Positions 40,251 through 54,974 of a stretch of 64,000 bases of DNA are shown piece after piece. The position numbers and the translations under genes are program-made. The stretch's first letter is position 1. The number at the start of each line of letters is the position of its first letter. Source of the stretch: Eledone cirrhosa (Eukaryota); assembly GCA_964016885.1 (NCBI GenBank), contig OZ024740.1:370450001-370514000 (forward strand), written 5' to 3'. The notes below the pieces were generated by a model. It searched no databases. It was not told the DNA's origin and saw only the letters and a program-made list of their open reading frames with translations.

Positions 40251-40782
40251 GAAAGCATGCATGTATGTATACGTACATACATATATGTATACAGACGTAC
40301 AGTAGTATGTATACATATACATACATGCACACATACATATATGCACGTATCGGTTTACCGAACATTTATTATAATGCTCGGTTTGTTTGTTTGTAAACAA
40401 ACAAACAACCCGAATTACGCCGTGCAGTGTTTAGACAACCACGCCACCTTTTTGCTCAACACTGACACAGGAACGATGTACTAGTTTCAAGCTTAATATC
40501 TATTGTCAGCATCGTATACCTTCTTGCCAGATGGTTGAACGAACTGAAAGTATATACTTTCCTTATGCATATTAACGGCTGAGCAGCCTAATTTGCATAT
40601 CGAGTGAGTTCAGTCGGCCGGGCACACCGAAAACGATATGCATTTCCTAAGGTGAGGTAGAACATTATACATAATACCAATAATAACGATAATAACCATG
40701 ATAGTACCATTACAAGAATTATTAATAAGAGTCAATATCTTTTCTCACTCAGTCAATGTTTTTTCCTAAATTTATATGATGC

Positions 40783-40833
<51 letters not shown>

Positions 40834-41629
40834 TAAAAAAATAATGAATAAAACAATGAAACAGTTCCTTATATTAAACAAAAAAAGTTCATTATTTAAC
40901 GATCGTTTCTAGGATATATATGTGTTAGAATTGGCATGCATATTCAACAGATCTATGTACAAAATTATACAAAATTATACAAACTATCAAAATTAAATAT
41001 ACATACCAACACATATATATGCCGTCTTCAGAAATAATGAAATATATTTATTGATAATAACAACAATTCAAAATTACAGGTCTGTTTGGGAACAGAGTTC
41101 AAATTGACCAATGAAAACACAAAAAGTTTATACAGTTAGGTGTGTGTATATATGTAAGTAACTTCGTTCACAGATATGCATTAAAATATATGTTCACATG
41201 CATACGCATGCCGAAAAGATGTATGTAAATACAAAAATTCAGGGCTAATGTCTCTGTATGTTTATAATCTACAGATAAAATACATATAAACATATAAATA
41301 TAAAAATAAATATATACACATTCATATACTCACACATATACCTACATTCACACTCACACGCGCGTATACGCATAAACATACACACAACCACGAACATACA
41401 TACACACACACACCCCCACACACATATATGTGTATATACCATTATCATAAGCATATGGACATTAATGCGCACACATAAACACTGCCACACATATTTAGAT
41501 CCAGATACAGAAAGTAGGTGGGGGGGGGGGAAAGAGGTCAGTATTCACCGGTGTCAGCAAAACTGCCTATTTATAAATGTATCTATAAATTTAGAAATAA
41601 AAAGAAAAAGAAAAAAGAAAAATATTAAG

Positions 41630-41690
<61 letters not shown>

Positions 41691-42115
41691 AGTAAAATAT
41701 AAAATATACATCGATATACATACATATACATATATATATATACATACACATATATATATATATATACATACATATACATACACATATACATAAACACATA
41801 CATACATATACATATACATACACACACCATATAAATACACATATACATACACACACGCATACATATAGAGATACATACATATACACATATAAATACACAG
41901 ACATATACGTATATACACACATATATATATACACATATATACACACATACACATATATATACATTCACAACACACATATATATATATACACATATATATA
42001 TATATATATACATATATACACATATATATACACATATATCTATACACATATATAAACACACTCATGTATATACACACATACACATACATACCCACACATA
42101 TACATATATATATAT

Positions 42116-42194
<79 letters not shown>

Positions 42195-42225
42195 CATACA
42201 CACACATACACATACACACATACAA

Positions 42226-42260
<35 letters not shown>

Positions 42261-42269
42261 TACAATACA

Positions 42270-42340
<71 letters not shown>

Positions 42341-42548
42341 TATACATACACATACATACACATACATACTTATACATAGACATACATATATACACACATA
42401 TGGGGTATGTGTGATGAGATAGATGTGGTTTTGTAGATGTAGTTTCCATTTATTTAGTATCGTAAATATACTCCAAATACTTGTTGAGTGCTTTTATATC
42501 AGTTATAAATATTTACTAGTTGTAACCCAACAATTTAAATATAACTTT

Positions 42549-42583
<35 letters not shown>

Positions 42584-42587
<4 letters not shown>

Positions 42588-45526
42588 AATATAGACATAG
42601 AATATTCGAAAATATTCTGTATGTTTATAATAAACATTTTGAAGACCTAATCGCTATAGAATAGAATACGTCACGTATTACAATTAGATTCTCGATAAAA
42701 GCAAGGGAAGTAATCTACGCGTTTCATTCTCGTTAGAAATCATCAGGACTACATATCCAGTGCTTTTATCGAGAATGACACAGCTAGAGACTTATAGAAT
42801 ACTTAGCTGTGTACAGGAACTGGTTTGAAAGAGCGGTTGCCGGTCCGGCAGAAATTAGAAATTGGAATAAATGCTCTGAAATAGCGATATATATGTGATT
42901 GCTTTTATCGAGAATCTAATTGTAATACGTGACGTATTCTATTCTATAGCGATTAGGTCTTCAAAATGTTTATTATAAACATACAGAATATTTTCGAATA
43001 TTCTATGTCTATATTCACATATATATCGCTATTTCAGAGCATTTATTCCAATTTCTAATTTCTGCCGGACCGGCAACCGCTCTTTCAAACCAGTTCCTGT
43101 ACACAGCTAAGTATTCTATAAGTCTCTAGCTGTGTCATTCTCGATAAAAGCACTGGATATGTAGTCCTGATGATTTCTAACGAGAATGAAACGCGTAGAT
43201 TACTTCCCTTGCTTTTATCGAGAATCTAATTGTAATACGTGACGTATTCTATTCTATAGCGATTAGGTCTTCAAAATGTTTATTATAAACATACAGAATA
43301 TTTTCGAATATTCTATGTCTATATTCACATATATATCGCTATTTCAGAGCATTTATTCCAATTTCTAATTTCTGCCGGACCGGCAACCGCTCTTTCAAAC
43401 CAGTTCCTGTACACAGCTAAGTATTCTATAAGTCTCTAGCTGTGTCATTCTCGATAAAAGCACTGGATATGTAGTCCTGATGATTTCTAACGAGAATGAA
43501 ACGCGTAGATTACTTCCCTTGCTTTTATCGAGAATCTAATTGTAATACGTGACGTATTCTATTCTATAGCGATTAGGTCTTCAAAATGTTTATTATAAAC
43601 ATACAGAATATTTTCGAATATTCTATGTCTATATTCACATATATATCGCTATTTCAGAGCATTTATTCCAATTTCTAATTTCTGCCGGACCGGCAACCGC
43701 TCTTTCAAACCAGTTCCTGTACACAGCTAAGTATTCTATAAGTCTCTAGCTGTGTCATTCTCGATAAAAGCACTGGATATGTAGTCCTGATGATTTCTAA
43801 CGAGAATGAAACGCGTAGATTACTTCCCTTGCTTTTATCGAGAATCTAATTGTAATACGTGACGTATTCTATTCTATAGCGATTAGGTCTTCAAAATGTT
43901 TATTATAAACATACAGAATATTTTCGAATATTCTATGTCTATATTCACATATATATCGCTATTTCAGAGCATTTATTCCAATTTCTAATTTCTGCCGGAC
44001 CGGCAACCGCTCTTTCAAACCAGTTCCTGTACACAGCTAAGTATTCTATAAGTCTCTAGCTGTGTCATTCTCGATAAAAGCACTGGATATGTAGTCCTGA
44101 TGATTTCTAACGAGAATGAAACGCGTAGATTACTTCCCTTGCTTTTATCGAGAATCTAATTGTAATACGTGACGTATTCTATTCTATAGCGATTAGGTCT
44201 TCAAAATGTTTATTATAAACATACAGAATATTTTCGAATATTCTATGTCTATATTCACATATATATCGCTATTTCAGAGCATTTATTCCAATTTCTAATT
44301 TCTGCCGGACCGGCAACCGCTCTTTCAAACCAGTTCCTGTACACAGCTAAGTATTCTATAAGTCTCTAGCTGTGTCATTCTCGATAAAAGCACTGGATAT
44401 GTAGTCCTGATGATTTCTAACGAGAATGAAACGCGTAGATTACTTCCCTTGCTTTTATCGAGAATCTAATTGTAATACGTGACGTATTCTATTCTATAGC
44501 GATTAGGTCTTCAAAATGTTTATTATAAACATACAGAATATTTTCGAATATTCTATGTCTATATTCACATATATATCGCTATTTCAGAGCATTTATTCCA
44601 ATTTCTAATTTCTGCCGGACCGGCAACCGCTCTTTCAAACCAGTTCCTGTACACAGCTAAGTATTCTATAAGTCTCTAGCTGTGTCATTCTCGATAAAAG
44701 CACTGGATATGTAGTCCTGATGATTTCTAACGAGAATGAAACGCGTAGATTACTTCCCTTGCTTTTATCGAGAATCTAATTGTAATACGTGACGTATTCT
44801 ATTCTATAGCGATTAGGTCTTCAAAATGTTTATTATAAACATACAGAATATTTTCGAATATTCTATGTCTATATTCACATATATATCGCTATTTCAGAGC
44901 ATTTATTCCAATTTCTAATTTCTGCCGGACCGGCAACCGCTCTTTCAAACCAGTTCCTGTACACAGCTAAGTATTCTATAAGTCTCTAGCTGTGTCATTC
45001 TCGATAAAAGCACTGGATATGTAGTCCTGATGATTTCTAACGAGAATGAAACGCGTAGATTACTTCCCTTGCTTTTATCGAGAATCTAATTGTAATACGT
45101 GACGTATTCTATTCTATAGCGATTAGGTCTTCAAAATGTTTATTATAAACATACAGAATATTTTCGAATATTCTATGTCTATATTCACATATATATCGCT
45201 ATTTCAGAGCATTTATTCCAATTTCTAATTTCTGCCGGACCGGCAACCGCTCTTTCAAACCAGTTCCTGTACACAGCTAAGTATTCTATAAGTCTCTAGC
45301 TGTGTCATTCTCGATAAAAGCACTGGATATGTAGTCCTGATGATTTCTAACGAGAATGAAACGCGTAGATTACTTCCCTTGCTTTTATCGAGAATCTAAT
45401 TGTAATACGTGACGTATTCTATTCTATAGCGATTAGGTCTTCAAAATGTTTATTATAAACATACAGAATATTTTCGAATATTCTATGTCTATATTCACAT
45501 ATATATCGCTATTTCAGAGCATTTAT

Positions 45527-45532
<6 letters not shown>
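42584..45532 (+). mobile_element. Retrozyme-like array: one inverted unit (42584-42898) followed by 8.5 direct 310-bp units (42899-45532)
   Basis: gcttttatcgagaat recurs at 42901, 43211, ... 45381; no differences between units seen by eye; no ORF; flanked by (TA)n. Confidence 0.92.
43161..43203 (+). ncRNA. Type I hammerhead ribozyme, repeated every 310 bp to 45331-45373 (8 copies), plus a minus-strand copy at 42710-42752
   Basis: gtagtc-CTGATGA-tttct aacg agaat-GAAA-cgcg-TA-gattac; stem I extended by a perfect 16-bp duplex attctcgataaaagca/tgcttttatcgagaat. Confidence 0.88.
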
Positions 45533-45586
<54 letters not shown>

Positions 45587-45630
45587 AGTTGATGTGTGTA
45601 TGTGTGTATATATATATATGTATGTATATG

Positions 45631-45693
<63 letters not shown>

Positions 45694-45787
45694 ATATATG
45701 AGTATATGTATGTGTGTGCATATTTGTCTGACTATGTGTATTAATTTATTTATTTATTTATTTATTTTATTTCTTTATTTTTATATA

Positions 45788-45830
<43 letters not shown>

Positions 45831-46152
45831 ATATATATGTGTGTGTATATATATGTGTGTGTATATATATGTATGTGTGTATGTATGTGTATGTATATGT
45901 GTGTGTGTGTGTATGTGTCTATATATTTATATGTGTATATGTATCTCTATTTATATATGTATATATGTGTATGTATATCCCTTTATTTATGTATGTCTGA
46001 GTTATGTGAGCGTGTGGTTGTGTTTGTATGTGTATACGCATACATGGATGTGTATGTATGTGTATATATGCGTATATGTATGTGTGTATGTGTGTGTGTG
46101 TATACATGTATGTCTATGTATAAGTATGTATGTGTATGTATGTGTATGTATA

Positions 46153-46223
<71 letters not shown>

Positions 46224-46232
46224 TGTATTGTA

Positions 46233-46301
<69 letters not shown>

Positions 46302-46348
46302 TTGTATGTGTGTATGTGTATGTGTGTGTATGCATGTGTGTATATATC

Positions 46349-46379
<31 letters not shown>

Positions 46380-46814
46380 ATATATATATATGTATATGTG
46401 TGGGTATGTATGTGTATGTGTGTATATACATGAGTGTGTTTATATATGTGTATAGATATATGTGTATATATATGTGTATATATGTATATATATATATATA
46501 TATGTGTATATATATATATGTGTGTTGTGAATGTATATATATGTGTATGTGTGTATATATGTGTATATATATATATGTGTGTATATACGTATATGTCTGT
46601 GTATTTATATGTGTATATGTATGTATCTCTATATGTATGCGTGTGTGTATGTATATGTGTATTTATATGGTGTGTGTATGTATATGTATATGTATGTATG
46701 TGTTTATGTATATGTGTATGTATATGTATGTATATATATATATATATATATGTGTATGTATATATATATATGTATATGTATGTATATCGATGTATATTTT
46801 ATATTTTACTTGTT

Positions 46815-46857
<43 letters not shown>

Positions 46858-47837
46858 ATTAAATAAATGGAAACTATATTTATAAAACCATATTTATTTC
46901 ATTATATATATTTCAGGGATATCATATTAACAATATGCTATGCCTTCCTGAGACAAAATACAATATAAACGGTTTTATAGATAAATAGATTCGACATACC
47001 GTAACAACATCGACTTGCATTTGAAGAGGTTGATTTGGCAGTGCATAGCATATTGTTAATATGATATCCCTGAAATATATATAATGAAATAAATATGGTT
47101 TTATAAATATAGTTTCCATTTATTTAATATTGTAAATATACTCCAAATATTTGTCGAGTGCTTTTATATCAGTTATAAATATTTACTAGTTGTAACCCAA
47201 CAATTATAAATATAACTTTCCATATATATATATATATATATTTTATTAATATTTTTCTTTTTTCTTTTTCTTTTTATTTCTAAATTTATAGATACATTTA
47301 TAAATAGGCAGTTTTGCTGACACCGGTGAATACTGACCTCTTCCCCCCCCCCCCCCCACCTACTTTCTGTATCTGGATCTAAATATGTGTGGCAGTGTTT
47401 ATGTGTGCGCATTAATGTCCATATGCTTATGATAATGGTATATACACATATATGTGTGTGGGGGTGTGTGTGTGTATGTATGTTCGTGGTTGTGTGTATG
47501 TTTATGCGTATACGCGCGTGTGAGTGTGAATGTAGGTATATGTGTGAGTATATGAATGTGTATATATTTATTTTTATATTTATATGTTTATATGTATTTT
47601 ATCTGTAGATTATAAACATACAGAGACATTAGCCCTGAATTTTTGTATTTACATACATCTTTTCGGCATGCGTATGCATGTGAACATATATTTTAATGCA
47701 TATCTGTGAACGAAGTTACTTACATATATACACACACCTAACTGTATAAACTTTTTGTGTTTTCATTGGTCAATTTGAACTCTGTTCCCAAACAGACCTG
47801 TAATTTTGAATTGTTGTTATTATCAATAAATATATTT

Positions 47838-47987
47838 CATTATTTCTGAAGACGGCATATATATGTGTTGGTATGTATATTTAATTTTGATAGTTTGTAT
47901 AATTTTGTATAATTTTGTACATAGATCTGTTGAATATGCATGCCAATTCTAACACATATATATCCTAGAAACGATCGTTAAATAATG
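47838..47987 (+). ncRNA. Type I hammerhead with ~115-nt stem II region, GUU triplet (mirror copy at 40890-41039)
   Basis: cattattt-CTGAAGA-cggc atatatatgtgtt...aacacatatatat ccta-GAAA-cgatcg-TT-aaataatg. Confidence 0.72.
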
Positions 47988-48187
47988 AACTTTTTTTGTT
48001 TAATATAAGGAACTGTTTCATTGTTTTATTCATTATTTTTTTAATATTTTATCTTGACTCTGTATTCCGTTTATCTTTCACCGAAAGTGATTTTTCATTG
48101 CATCTCTTCTTTCCATGATATCCGGATTACATTGAATTCTTCATACGGATTGGACACTACCGTAAACTCTTGGTAGATTTATCTACA

Positions 48188-48222
<35 letters not shown>

Positions 48223-48252
48223 TTATATGCATATATATATGCATATATATAT

Positions 48253-48440
48253 TAATTGTTTCTACTTTTGGCACAAGGCCAGCAATTACCCACTACATTA
48301 CTGATACTTTATTTTATCAACCCCGTAAGGATGAAAGGCAAAGTTGACCTCGGCGGGATTTGAACTCAGATCATAAAGGGACGTAAGTATACTGGAATGC
48401 ATATCCGAGCCTCTACCGATACTGCCAATTCACCGCCCTT
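48253..48440 (-). mobile_element. tRNA-derived SINE (OK-like)
   Basis: Reverse complement of the 4822-5017 family. Confidence 0.8.
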
Positions 48441-48556
48441 TATATATAGTAATAATAATAAATATATAGTAATAATAATAAATTTGAAGACTAAAATCCA
48501 AAGACAGCTCGATAAGGATAAATATATATCAAATATATAAGAACCGTAGAGCAAAT

Positions 48557-48730
48557 AAATCGTATAACGGAAATAGAAGATCATGTGACCTCTGCGCCGC
48601 TGAGGCCCTGGAAATCATCTACGCCAAAGACCACATCTTAAACAAAAAATCTGAATCAATTTCGCCTTGTAAACATAAATTGCACAAAACTTTCCTGTAT
48701 TACAGCCCCACATTATACCCTAACGGATAG
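48557..48730 (+). pseudogene. Extreme C-terminus of a Hydra-like PLE endonuclease, with 3' UTR to ~49445
   Basis: KSYNGNRRSCDLCAAEALEIIYAKDHILNKKSESISPCKHK. Confidence 0.75.
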
Positions 48731-49447
48731 TTCGAACTATACGCGGATATTTTACGTCTTGATGCGGTAGCTAAGTATATGTTATGTTTATACTTTGGCA
48801 GAGTTGTAATGTCGCCACGAGGAACCACCTTTTGGTAGAAAGATATGATAGGAATATCGACAACGACTTTAGCTTGTTTTTACATTTTTTTATTAACCAA
48901 GGTTAAGAAGTGAATTAAGCTGGCATGCCAAGAGAAATGAAATAATTCAATTAAGATTACAAGAGAAAATACGGTCGACTGGCTGAGGCGTTTAGCCAAT
49001 TCCGTAGTAAAATTGTTGTGTCGTTACATATTGTTTGTGCTGGCGGAGCAAAAGAACAAGTGGTGTTTACCTTAGCACTGCCTAGCTGCAAGTGATAGCG
49101 TCCTCAAATCTTTGCGGGCTATTTCTCCCTCAGAACGCGTAGGGATACATCCTCTTCTACTGGCGCTGATTGGCTGAGCTGAGCCAAATCACGCACAGAG
49201 AATGTATGTGAGCCCGCGGAATGTAGGTCACTACAATACCATTACTTATTTGTATAGGTAAGTATATATTACCTGTATGTTTTGTAAAGGGAACGTTTCC
49301 ACGAACCAACTTCTTCTGGTTGCAACGATTTTTGAAATATTCACTTCTGCGTTCACAGATGGACTTTGTTAGTTTCAGAAGATCGCGTTAAGGGTGAAAG
49401 CACCGATTCTTTGCTTAAACTTTAATCTGTTATTTTAATAAATATGC

Positions 49448-49530
<83 letters not shown>

Positions 49531-49801
49531 AAAGGTAAACAGAAATAACAAGACAATCGGTACAGTATATGGAAGGAATATATTAGGTTAATGCTTGGAA
49601 TGCAGGAATGTTTTGGACGCTAGTCTTTCATCAGATGAAAGAATTAGATTCATGCTGCCATCACGTGGAAAACTGTAGATGCTGGCGTTTTGTGTATGAT
49701 ATATTTATTTTAGAAAAGTGGATGATGGAAGGCGTCTACCTGAAATGGAAAAAAAACGTTTTATATAAAGAGCTATACTTGTGCGCGTGCGTATGCGTGT
49801 G

Positions 49802-49906
<105 letters not shown>

Positions 49907-50468
49907 TGTGTGTGTGCGTGTGTGTGTGTGTGTTATTATACGTCCGTGCGAAGCTAAGAGGATATGTGTGTGTATATGTAAGTAAAAGAGTGTGTGTGTG
50001 CTGGTAGTGTATGTGTGTGTGTGTATGTGTATTTGTATGTATGTATGTATGTCATTATATTTAAATATTGTGCACCAGCACTGAATCATATAATCATTGG
50101 GCATGGAGGCTAACGTAGTTAACTAGGGAACACAAATTACATGATAAGCACTAATAGCAAAAGATCACCAAAGAGACTACGATAAGCCACTTTGCACAAG
50201 CATATAATTGAACTGAGATATGTTTGTGTTTGTTTGTGGTCGGGCGTGTGTGCGTGCGTGCGCGCGTGTGTGTGTATGTGTGTGTGTCAATATAGTTATA
50301 GACATGAGTGAAATAATTCCGACTAAACGCAATTTCATCTGTAAAACTACATACAAGACAAAGAAGTAGCTTTGTACTAATACTGTCATCTATATTTTGT
50401 GTAGGGATATATATATATATATATATATATAAATATATATACATATATATACAAACATATATATATAT

Positions 50469-50507
<39 letters not shown>

Positions 50508-50590
50508 CATACATATATACATATATATATATACATATATATATATATACATACATACATATATATATATATATACATACATATATATAT

Positions 50591-50686
<96 letters not shown>

Positions 50687-51210
50687 GGTGGCTGCCAACT
50701 CGTTTTCGAGTACGGCCACTACTTTATATCCATGTAGGAGAACTCCTACCAATGCGCTGAACGAGTGTGACTTTTTAGTCCAGCCAGCGACTTGAAAACT
50801 CTGGTACAAGCACTACACTTGTGACAATTATTGACACATAGTGCTGGATCCATGGTACCATGTGACGACAAGTGCAGAGAGATCTCCAGATAAAAAGCAA
50901 TGCCTGTGCCGTGAAGCTTTTATAGTGAGCAAGATGATATTTACCAAAAAGAAGAACAAGTCAACATCATTGGATACCATCAGGGTTGCAGGTGTTATAT
51001 CAGAGTTTTCCTTCTCCTAGAATTCTGCCTTGACAAAGGCTAAGGGGTCATCTCTCCCGGTGATTTTGGATGGCCATTGACTCTTAAGTGCTCCTTTGCC
51101 CTTTGACAGGTTTTGTTTTTAGTCCTGCAGGATGTCCAAAGTCACGCTCCTCACCAAGAAACCTTGGTGGAGCTGCCAGTTTAGTCGCCGACGACCCGAC
51201 CATGAGACAT
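50687..51210 (-). mobile_element. Bipartite RTE-derived element, copy 2 (small internal deletion)
   Basis: Highly similar to 21639-22200. Confidence 0.78.
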
Positions 51211-51312
51211 ATATATATATACATACATACATATACCCGACCATGAGACATATATATATATACATACATATATATCCATACATATATATATACATACATA
51301 TATATATACATG

Positions 51313-51367
<55 letters not shown>

Positions 51368-51756
51368 TATAAAATATAAAAGAGAAAACTCAGATAAGCA
51401 TTAAGAGAAGGATTTTATCCAGGTATTTACGACCGTTTCATTGGTAAGTGCAACCTTATATGCTATACTGCAAATAGCAGCCACTCAATTATAATTGTGG
51501 TTCACAGTCCAAACTTTCAAAATAGTGAGTAAGTTACTCTTGAAATAGTTCTTAATATATAGAGAAAAACATTTTTAGGGAATTGTATTTACTAGTATAG
51601 AGAGAGAGGAAGAGGAATTAGAAGGTGAGGGGACAAACGGAATAGTAATGAGAGAGAGGAAGGGGGGTGAGTTAGGAAGTAGAGTACGTTGAAACCATCC
51701 ATGAAACTGGCTTTCTTAACCACGAACTGGATCACAATAAGCAATTTTCTGCTTCC

Positions 51757-51857
<101 letters not shown>

Positions 51858-51859
51858 TA

Positions 51860-52198
51860 TCTATCTATCTATCTAAGGCGGGTAATTTTCCCGAGATCCA
51901 TGGACGAGTTCTCTCCAGCGGTCTCTGTCCCTCATTATCGCTGCCATGTCCTGCATCTCCAACAGACCAGTGTCTGTCCTTAGGGCATCAACATACGTTA
52001 ACCTTGGTCGTCCTCTTCTAGTGTGTCCATGTAGGGGCTCCCAAAGGAGCACTGAGTGCAATGTCAACTCTGGATGTCGGTCAGCATGTCCAGCCAACCT
52101 CAGTCTCCCCTGTGTCACTTTTGAGCTGACTTTTGGGATGCTCCCATACAGCTTTGAGTTTTTCATCCTCAGTGTATACTGATTAATGTTCAGAGCCA

Positions 52199-52200
<2 letters not shown>
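51860..52200 (-). mobile_element. RTE-clade LINE 3' fragment with (TAGA)n tail
   Basis: [46 protein letters not shown]. Confidence 0.85.
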
Positions 52201-52230
<30 letters not shown>

Positions 52231-52243
52231 CATATATATATAT

Positions 52244-52319
<76 letters not shown>

Positions 52320-52506
52320 TGTGTGTGTGTGTCTGTGTATGTGTGCGTAGTTGTGTGTGTGCGTGTGTGTGTCTGTATGTCTGTATGTGTGTATGTATGT
52401 ATGCATGTATGCATGTATGCATGTATGTATGTATGTATGTGAATATATTCAGATATTATGAACCACCACTAAACTATATATACGTGTGTGTGTACGTGTG
52501 TGTGTG

Positions 52507-52549
<43 letters not shown>

Positions 52550-54467
52550 ACAAAACATACATTCGTTTCCTTTCACAGTGAATGGTTCAAAGGGCAGAAA
52601 TATTGAGTGGAATGTTTACTCACTTATTAGTTATTTAATGTACAGTACGTTTAATCGTATTTTCAAATTTAGGGGTATTGTATTGATCCTATGATGACCA
52701 GCTGAAACTGAAAAAATTGAATTAATATTCCTATAAATCATATTGAACTACAATTGTGGGGAAATACTACTTTTACCGATATTATATTGAATGGCTGGTT
52801 TGTTGTATTCAAACGATATATAGAAATGCTAACTAGAAAGATAAACTGAAATATATAAATGCTTACAAAGATAAATATATGCTAAGGTAGACAAATGAAT
52901 GGATAGATAATATGATTTGGAATGGGTCATGTGAATACAAAAGTCAAGTTGAAATAACTATCTAAAGAGTGAGACTAGCAGAGAAATAACTATCTAAAGA
53001 GTATACCTGGCAAACATATATGTGTCTCTGTGTGTCTGCATGTGTATGTATGTACGAGTGCGTATTTGTCTGTGTGTGCGTACGTACGTGTCTGTTTGTC
53101 TATGTGTGTATGTATCAATGAGTTTCTGTCAATGTAGATATATGCCCATGTGTGTGCGTGTGACTCTAATTGACTACAGTACAGAGCTGATGCTAAGCAA
53201 AATTTATAGTAGTGAAATGCATCAAATAATTTCTTATTGTAAAGAAAAAGTTGTTTTTATGTTTGCAAAAGTGGTCAGAATATTTTCTTTCATTTTGATT
53301 CTATATCTGTGTGTGAAATATTTATGTAACTAAGTAATAGAGATATATGTGTGCATGTGTTGAATTTTGAAAGCTATGGTATTTGTGTTTGTAATTTTAG
53401 ACTAATAAGAAATAAAAGAAATATTCATTTGCTGAATAGTTTCGTATACGACATTGTGGGATTTCTAAGTTGTTTGTGCTGATGGTTTCTATTTTGACTT
53501 AACATGTCGATTCGTATAACAAAGTTGTACGAACAATTTCTTCGTGTGCCGTTTGATAAATACAGCACTATATATATATTGTGTTTTTTTATCGATCAAA
53601 AGGCCATAAGGGAAAGAAAGAAAAAATAGTGAGGAGAGAGGAAGAAAGAGGAAAAAACGAAGTAAACAAACCATATGGAGTGGGGACACAGAACAATGGA
53701 ATATACAAGTGAATAACCGAGGAAAAAATAGATTAAGTTACAACGAAACGATAAGGTAGATCGACTAAAATAAGTCGGTTTTACTTATATAAATAATCGA
53801 AATTTTACCATCTATATAAGTTCCTTGACTTGCTGTCCGATATTTCTTTGGCAATGTATCCATGCATATATATATATGGATGGTAAGAATCAATCTTATA
53901 ACAACTCTACTCTCAGATCTTATGTCATTATGCCTATATAATCGTGCAAAAACGCATAATGTGGATACATTTGTTTAGGCAATCTCTTACTCTTGAATTA
54001 CATACATATGTGTGTGCGGGTTATGTGGTGTTTCCTTACTGAAAGGAAGAGCCAACTATACGCGCAACGGATCAGCGAAATTGTAAAATTCGGTGACAGC
54101 AGAAGCAATAACAAAAAACAAAAACGAAAGCAAAAATTAATGACGATAACAGCAACAGCAACATAAACAACAATTAAAACAATAGCCACTCCAAGACTAA
54201 CATCACAAGCAAAAAGAAAATACACACAATAACAAAAACAGACAATCACATTAATTCAAGTACAATTTAAAACACACACCGAAGTTTTTGTGTTGTGTTT
54301 AATGTTGTTCCACTATACCAGCAGTAGCTAGCTATTTATTTTCATTAGCTAGGTCTAACATAACGATGGATTGGCGCCATATCTCGGTGAGGGTAATGTC
54401 CTCTCAGTCGCTTGACACCAAGGAAACTGCCTGATGAGCCTCCGGGATTAGGTTACATGTTAGATAT

Positions 54468-54532
<65 letters not shown>

Positions 54533-54919
54533 CATGCATAAACAAAGCGGTTAACTCAAGAATCATCGCGAAAATTGGAAATTTGAAATATGTGCATTGC
54601 AACACAACTGACTATGATAATCGATCACTATGAATAATAGTTGAGAAAACAGATTAAAATAAGCCTGGATTTGAAAGAGACTGGAGACATGCGGAGTTCG
54701 ATTCCTTGCTAGTGTCTCTGTGCATCACTTTCTTCCGTCGCCAAGGGCTCTTTACGCGATTTTTTCAACTATTTTATTATAGTCATTTATGTTTATGACA
54801 CAAAATTTTTCAATGTTTTTTAAATTATCGGAGATTGTTTTCATTCTACATTAAACTTTAAACTAATATATATCTTCCTTTTACTGTATTGTTTGTTGCG
54901 TTATTTTCCATTTATTTTT

Positions 54920-54964
<45 letters not shown>

Positions 54965-54974
54965 ATACATATAT

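Larger units (their letters stand above)
40828..48050. repeat. Large inverted duplication (40828-41625 vs ~47240-48050; ~41680-42395 vs ~46100-46820) enclosing the 310-bp array; pLTR-like arms
   Basis: Identical ORF-track peptides on opposite strands (41269..41490 vs 47387..47608); each arm ends in an HHR. Confidence 0.88.

Noticed and set aside
40430-40665. Higher-complexity block with octamer ATTTGCAT, possible snRNA promoter or enhancer
   Set aside because: Single short motif expected by chance; no recognisable snRNA sequence nearby
42899-45532. CRISPR array or ordinary satellite reading of the 310-bp repeat
   Set aside because: No unique spacers and no cas genes; the ribozyme per unit and the inverted terminal unit favour a retrozyme
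49600-49642. Minus-strand CTGATGA-aagactagcgtcc-AAAA
   Set aside because: GAAA mutated and stems broken; at best a decayed HHR
51424-51524. Minus-strand tatt-TTGAAAG...GAAA-cggtcg-TA-aata
   Set aside because: Core departs at position 9 and stem II is uncertain; probable decayed U3:A8 HHR, not called
54425-54460. CTGATGA followed by a small hairpin
   Set aside because: No GAAA or cleavage triplet in the correct position
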